The notes beneath the pieces are model-generated. The model had not been told where the DNA came from, did not search any database, and was given only the letters and a program-made list of their open reading frames with translations. This document shows positions 61,923-64,000 of a DNA stretch of 64,000 bases, piece by piece. Location: the NCBI GenBank assembly GCA_002104905.1, contig MCFE01000347.1, positions 1-64,000 on the forward strand, written 5' to 3'. The position numbers were made by a program, and so were the translations under genes. The stretch's first letter is position 1, and each line of letters opens with the position of its first letter. Source of the stretch: Basidiobolus meristosporus CBS 931.73. Taxonomy: Eukaryota; Fungi; Basidiobolomycota.

Positions 61923-63970
61923 ATGCTGCCAAAAAATAAAGCAAAGTTGTCTGGTTCTCAACCAAACCCCACCACTGATGGCAATAGAAGAGCAGTTGGA
62001 CAACAGTTTGCTTTGATATTCTGTGCAACAAGCGGGGCTACATCCAAAAAAAGCCCTGTGGACAATGTGCCCATTGAAGATAATAGTGCAGACTTCTCAG
62101 GCTCTTAGTCAAGTAGGCAATTGAGAACCTCTGCAGAGCCACAATCTGACCGTTATGCTCAGGCAGATGAGAATGTGGCCAATGCAGTACCTTCAGTTGA
62201 AGATCAGCAAGTGGACATGATAACATCACCACCACCCATATTAGCAAGTATGTTGTAAGCCCATAGCAAAGCATTAATGAAGCAATTAGGTGCAGTGGCA
62301 GATAGGATAGATGCAATGGCCCAGAGAAATCAGGAAATAGTCCAGAAAAAGAATCAGTGGATAATACGTGTAGAGCCATCAGTATCCCAGGTAGAGAAAG
62401 CAGTATCTTTGCTGCAAAGAAAGAACTCAAGTAGCTCAATGCTACAGCCAAGAATTGAGCCATTTCCCAATGTAACAGCAGAGGAACACCATACAGTCTT
62501 TGAGGCACAACAACAGTGCCCAAAGATAAACCCTACAGAAAAACCTATCACAGCATGGCATGGAGACAATGTGGTGTTTATACCAAAGCCTAAAAATCAA
62601 AAGACACTGAAAATCTGTAAAGCCATAGAGTGAAATAATGAAGAGTGGGCTGATATACAAGAGGCCATCAGAAGTCTAGCACGCCATCACCTTAAGGCCA
62701 GTATACCATGGGACCATCAGGAACTCAAGGCCAAGCAGAATGTGCTTGACTCTTTCCATGAGCATTATCCTGGATTCAAATAGTTGAACAGATTTTGGGC
62801 TAGCATTGGTATGCTAAGAAAGTATATTGAGAATAGTAGAAACTATCAAAGGCAGAAGAACAAGGGTGCCATGGCTAAAAGCCAGTGGCTTCCTCAAGAG
62901 CCTGTTACAAGCAGGGCCAAAAGCTCCAGACAAGCATTAAAGAGACATCAGGCAGCTGGAAGAGTGCCAATTAGGGACAAGCAGGCAGACATGGATGCAT
63001 CAGCACAGCACTTATCAAGGAAAAAGCGTAGTACCACTCAAGAAGCACCCAGTCAAAGTAGCAGTGAAGGACCTGGTAGTGACAAAAACCAGCTGCTTTC
63101 AGAGGAGCCCATCACAACTATGGCAGAGAGCTCTAAAGAAGCTGAAAGAAAATCTCAGGTTGACAGAAGAGTGCCAGCAAGGGTCAAGCAAGCAAAACAG
63201 ATGCGTTAGAGCAGAATTTATCCTGGAGAAAATGTGGTTCTTTACAAGAAGCACTCAAACAAAGTAGCAGTGAAAAACCTGGCAGTGATAAAGGAAAAGG
63301 TAAAGGGAAAAATGTCTACCCAAGCCTGAGATTGGTAGGCGTGCAAAAAGAACTGCAGTTCTTGTCAATTAACGCTGCAAGCCAGGAACAGACTAAATCC
63401 CATCATAGCCAAGAAGAATCAACAACAAGAAAACAGCTGTTTTCACAAGAGTTGGAAGCACAGCCAGTTGAGCTACAGTCCAGCAAGGTAGATGAGTTTG
63501 CTGAAAAAGGCAATTTGTTTACCACAGCATCAACAGCCTCCAAAGCCTCCATTGTTGACAGAGTGGAGATCTCACTGACAGACATGGCTACAATGTCAAG
63601 AGCTTGATAGACTATCACAATACCTTCAGTGGAGTTTTGGTACATCAATAGGCACACCACGAGGTTGCAGCACTTCTTCTAGAGCAGTGCTTAAGAAAAC
63701 CCACTGGAATTTTGCAAGGATTTATTGCAAAGACTGGCAGATGAGGTGCTAGACCTTGCAGTGCTGGCTGAAGATCAGGATATGTGGGAACCAGTGAATG
63801 AACAGTGGGATAAAGCCACTGGGTTCCCACCAAGGTTGTGGAACCAGAGTGTTACAGCAGAAATACTTATTGAGGGTGGGGCTGGGCTTAATGTTAGTGT
63901 AGGCTATAGGGACTTGTATAGGTCAATAAAACTTGTAATTGAGGTACCACAGAAGTTTCAACAGAAATAA
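61923..63970 (+). pseudogene. Accessory (non-transposase) ORF of the CACTA element, decayed
   Basis: Collinear with the 45028-42153 copy (MPPK...QLGAVADRIDAM...FHEHYPGF...FWASIGMLRKY). Several stops and frameshifts; internal imperfect tandem repeat of about 170 bp. Confidence 0.72.
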
Positions 63971-64000
63971 ATCAATTCATATGCATGTAAAGTAGGTGAA

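Larger units (their letters stand above)
41225..64000 (-). mobile_element. Outer CACTA/CMC-EnSpm-type DNA transposon (about 5.8 kb native length), fragmented by four nested insertions and running past the window end
   Basis: Pieces 61497-64000, 59705-60179, 52679-53828, 48498-49252 and 41225-41824 rejoin into one element collinear with the inner copy. The degenerate terminus (aa)TATGAAAAATAATTTGGTCC lies at about 41225. Confidence 0.8.

Noticed and set aside
1-64000. CRISPR arrays, rRNA or tRNA genes
   Set aside because: No regularly spaced repeats or RNA-gene signatures seen. The tRNA-like 17-mer at about 51855-51871 is a retroelement PBS.

Overview
Eukaryotic DNA, most likely from an early-diverging fungus. 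This is inferred from the short GT-AG introns, the fungal-type Kex2, Mif2 and Net1-family genes, a T-box gene and strongly CpG-depleted repeats; the species cannot be determined from the window. From about 1 to 37 kb the window is gene-rich. Intact-looking genes are an SDR, a GPI-anchored Ser/Thr-rich protein, an S28 peptidase, a Cu-transporting P1B ATPase, a macoilin-like TM/FN3/coiled-coil protein, RPP40, a Net1/Dnt1-like protein, a 7TM protein, Kex2, a CaaX inositol 5-phosphatase and a T-box factor. Interleaved with them are three broken housekeeping genes: CENP-C/Mif2, an EPT1/CPT1-type phosphotransferase and a FIT/Scs3-type protein. From about 41 kb to the end is one nest of transposons. 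An outer CACTA/CMC-type element of about 5.8 kb is interrupted by a second copy of itself (which carries two solo LTRs), a gag-protease-only LTR element, a full-length self-priming chromovirus with a -1 frameshift signal, and an inverted templated fragment. The most notable signals are the decayed CENP-C, the cluster of decayed housekeeping genes, the oriented RCGG target-site preference of the pol-less LTR family, and a fungal macoilin-like protein.
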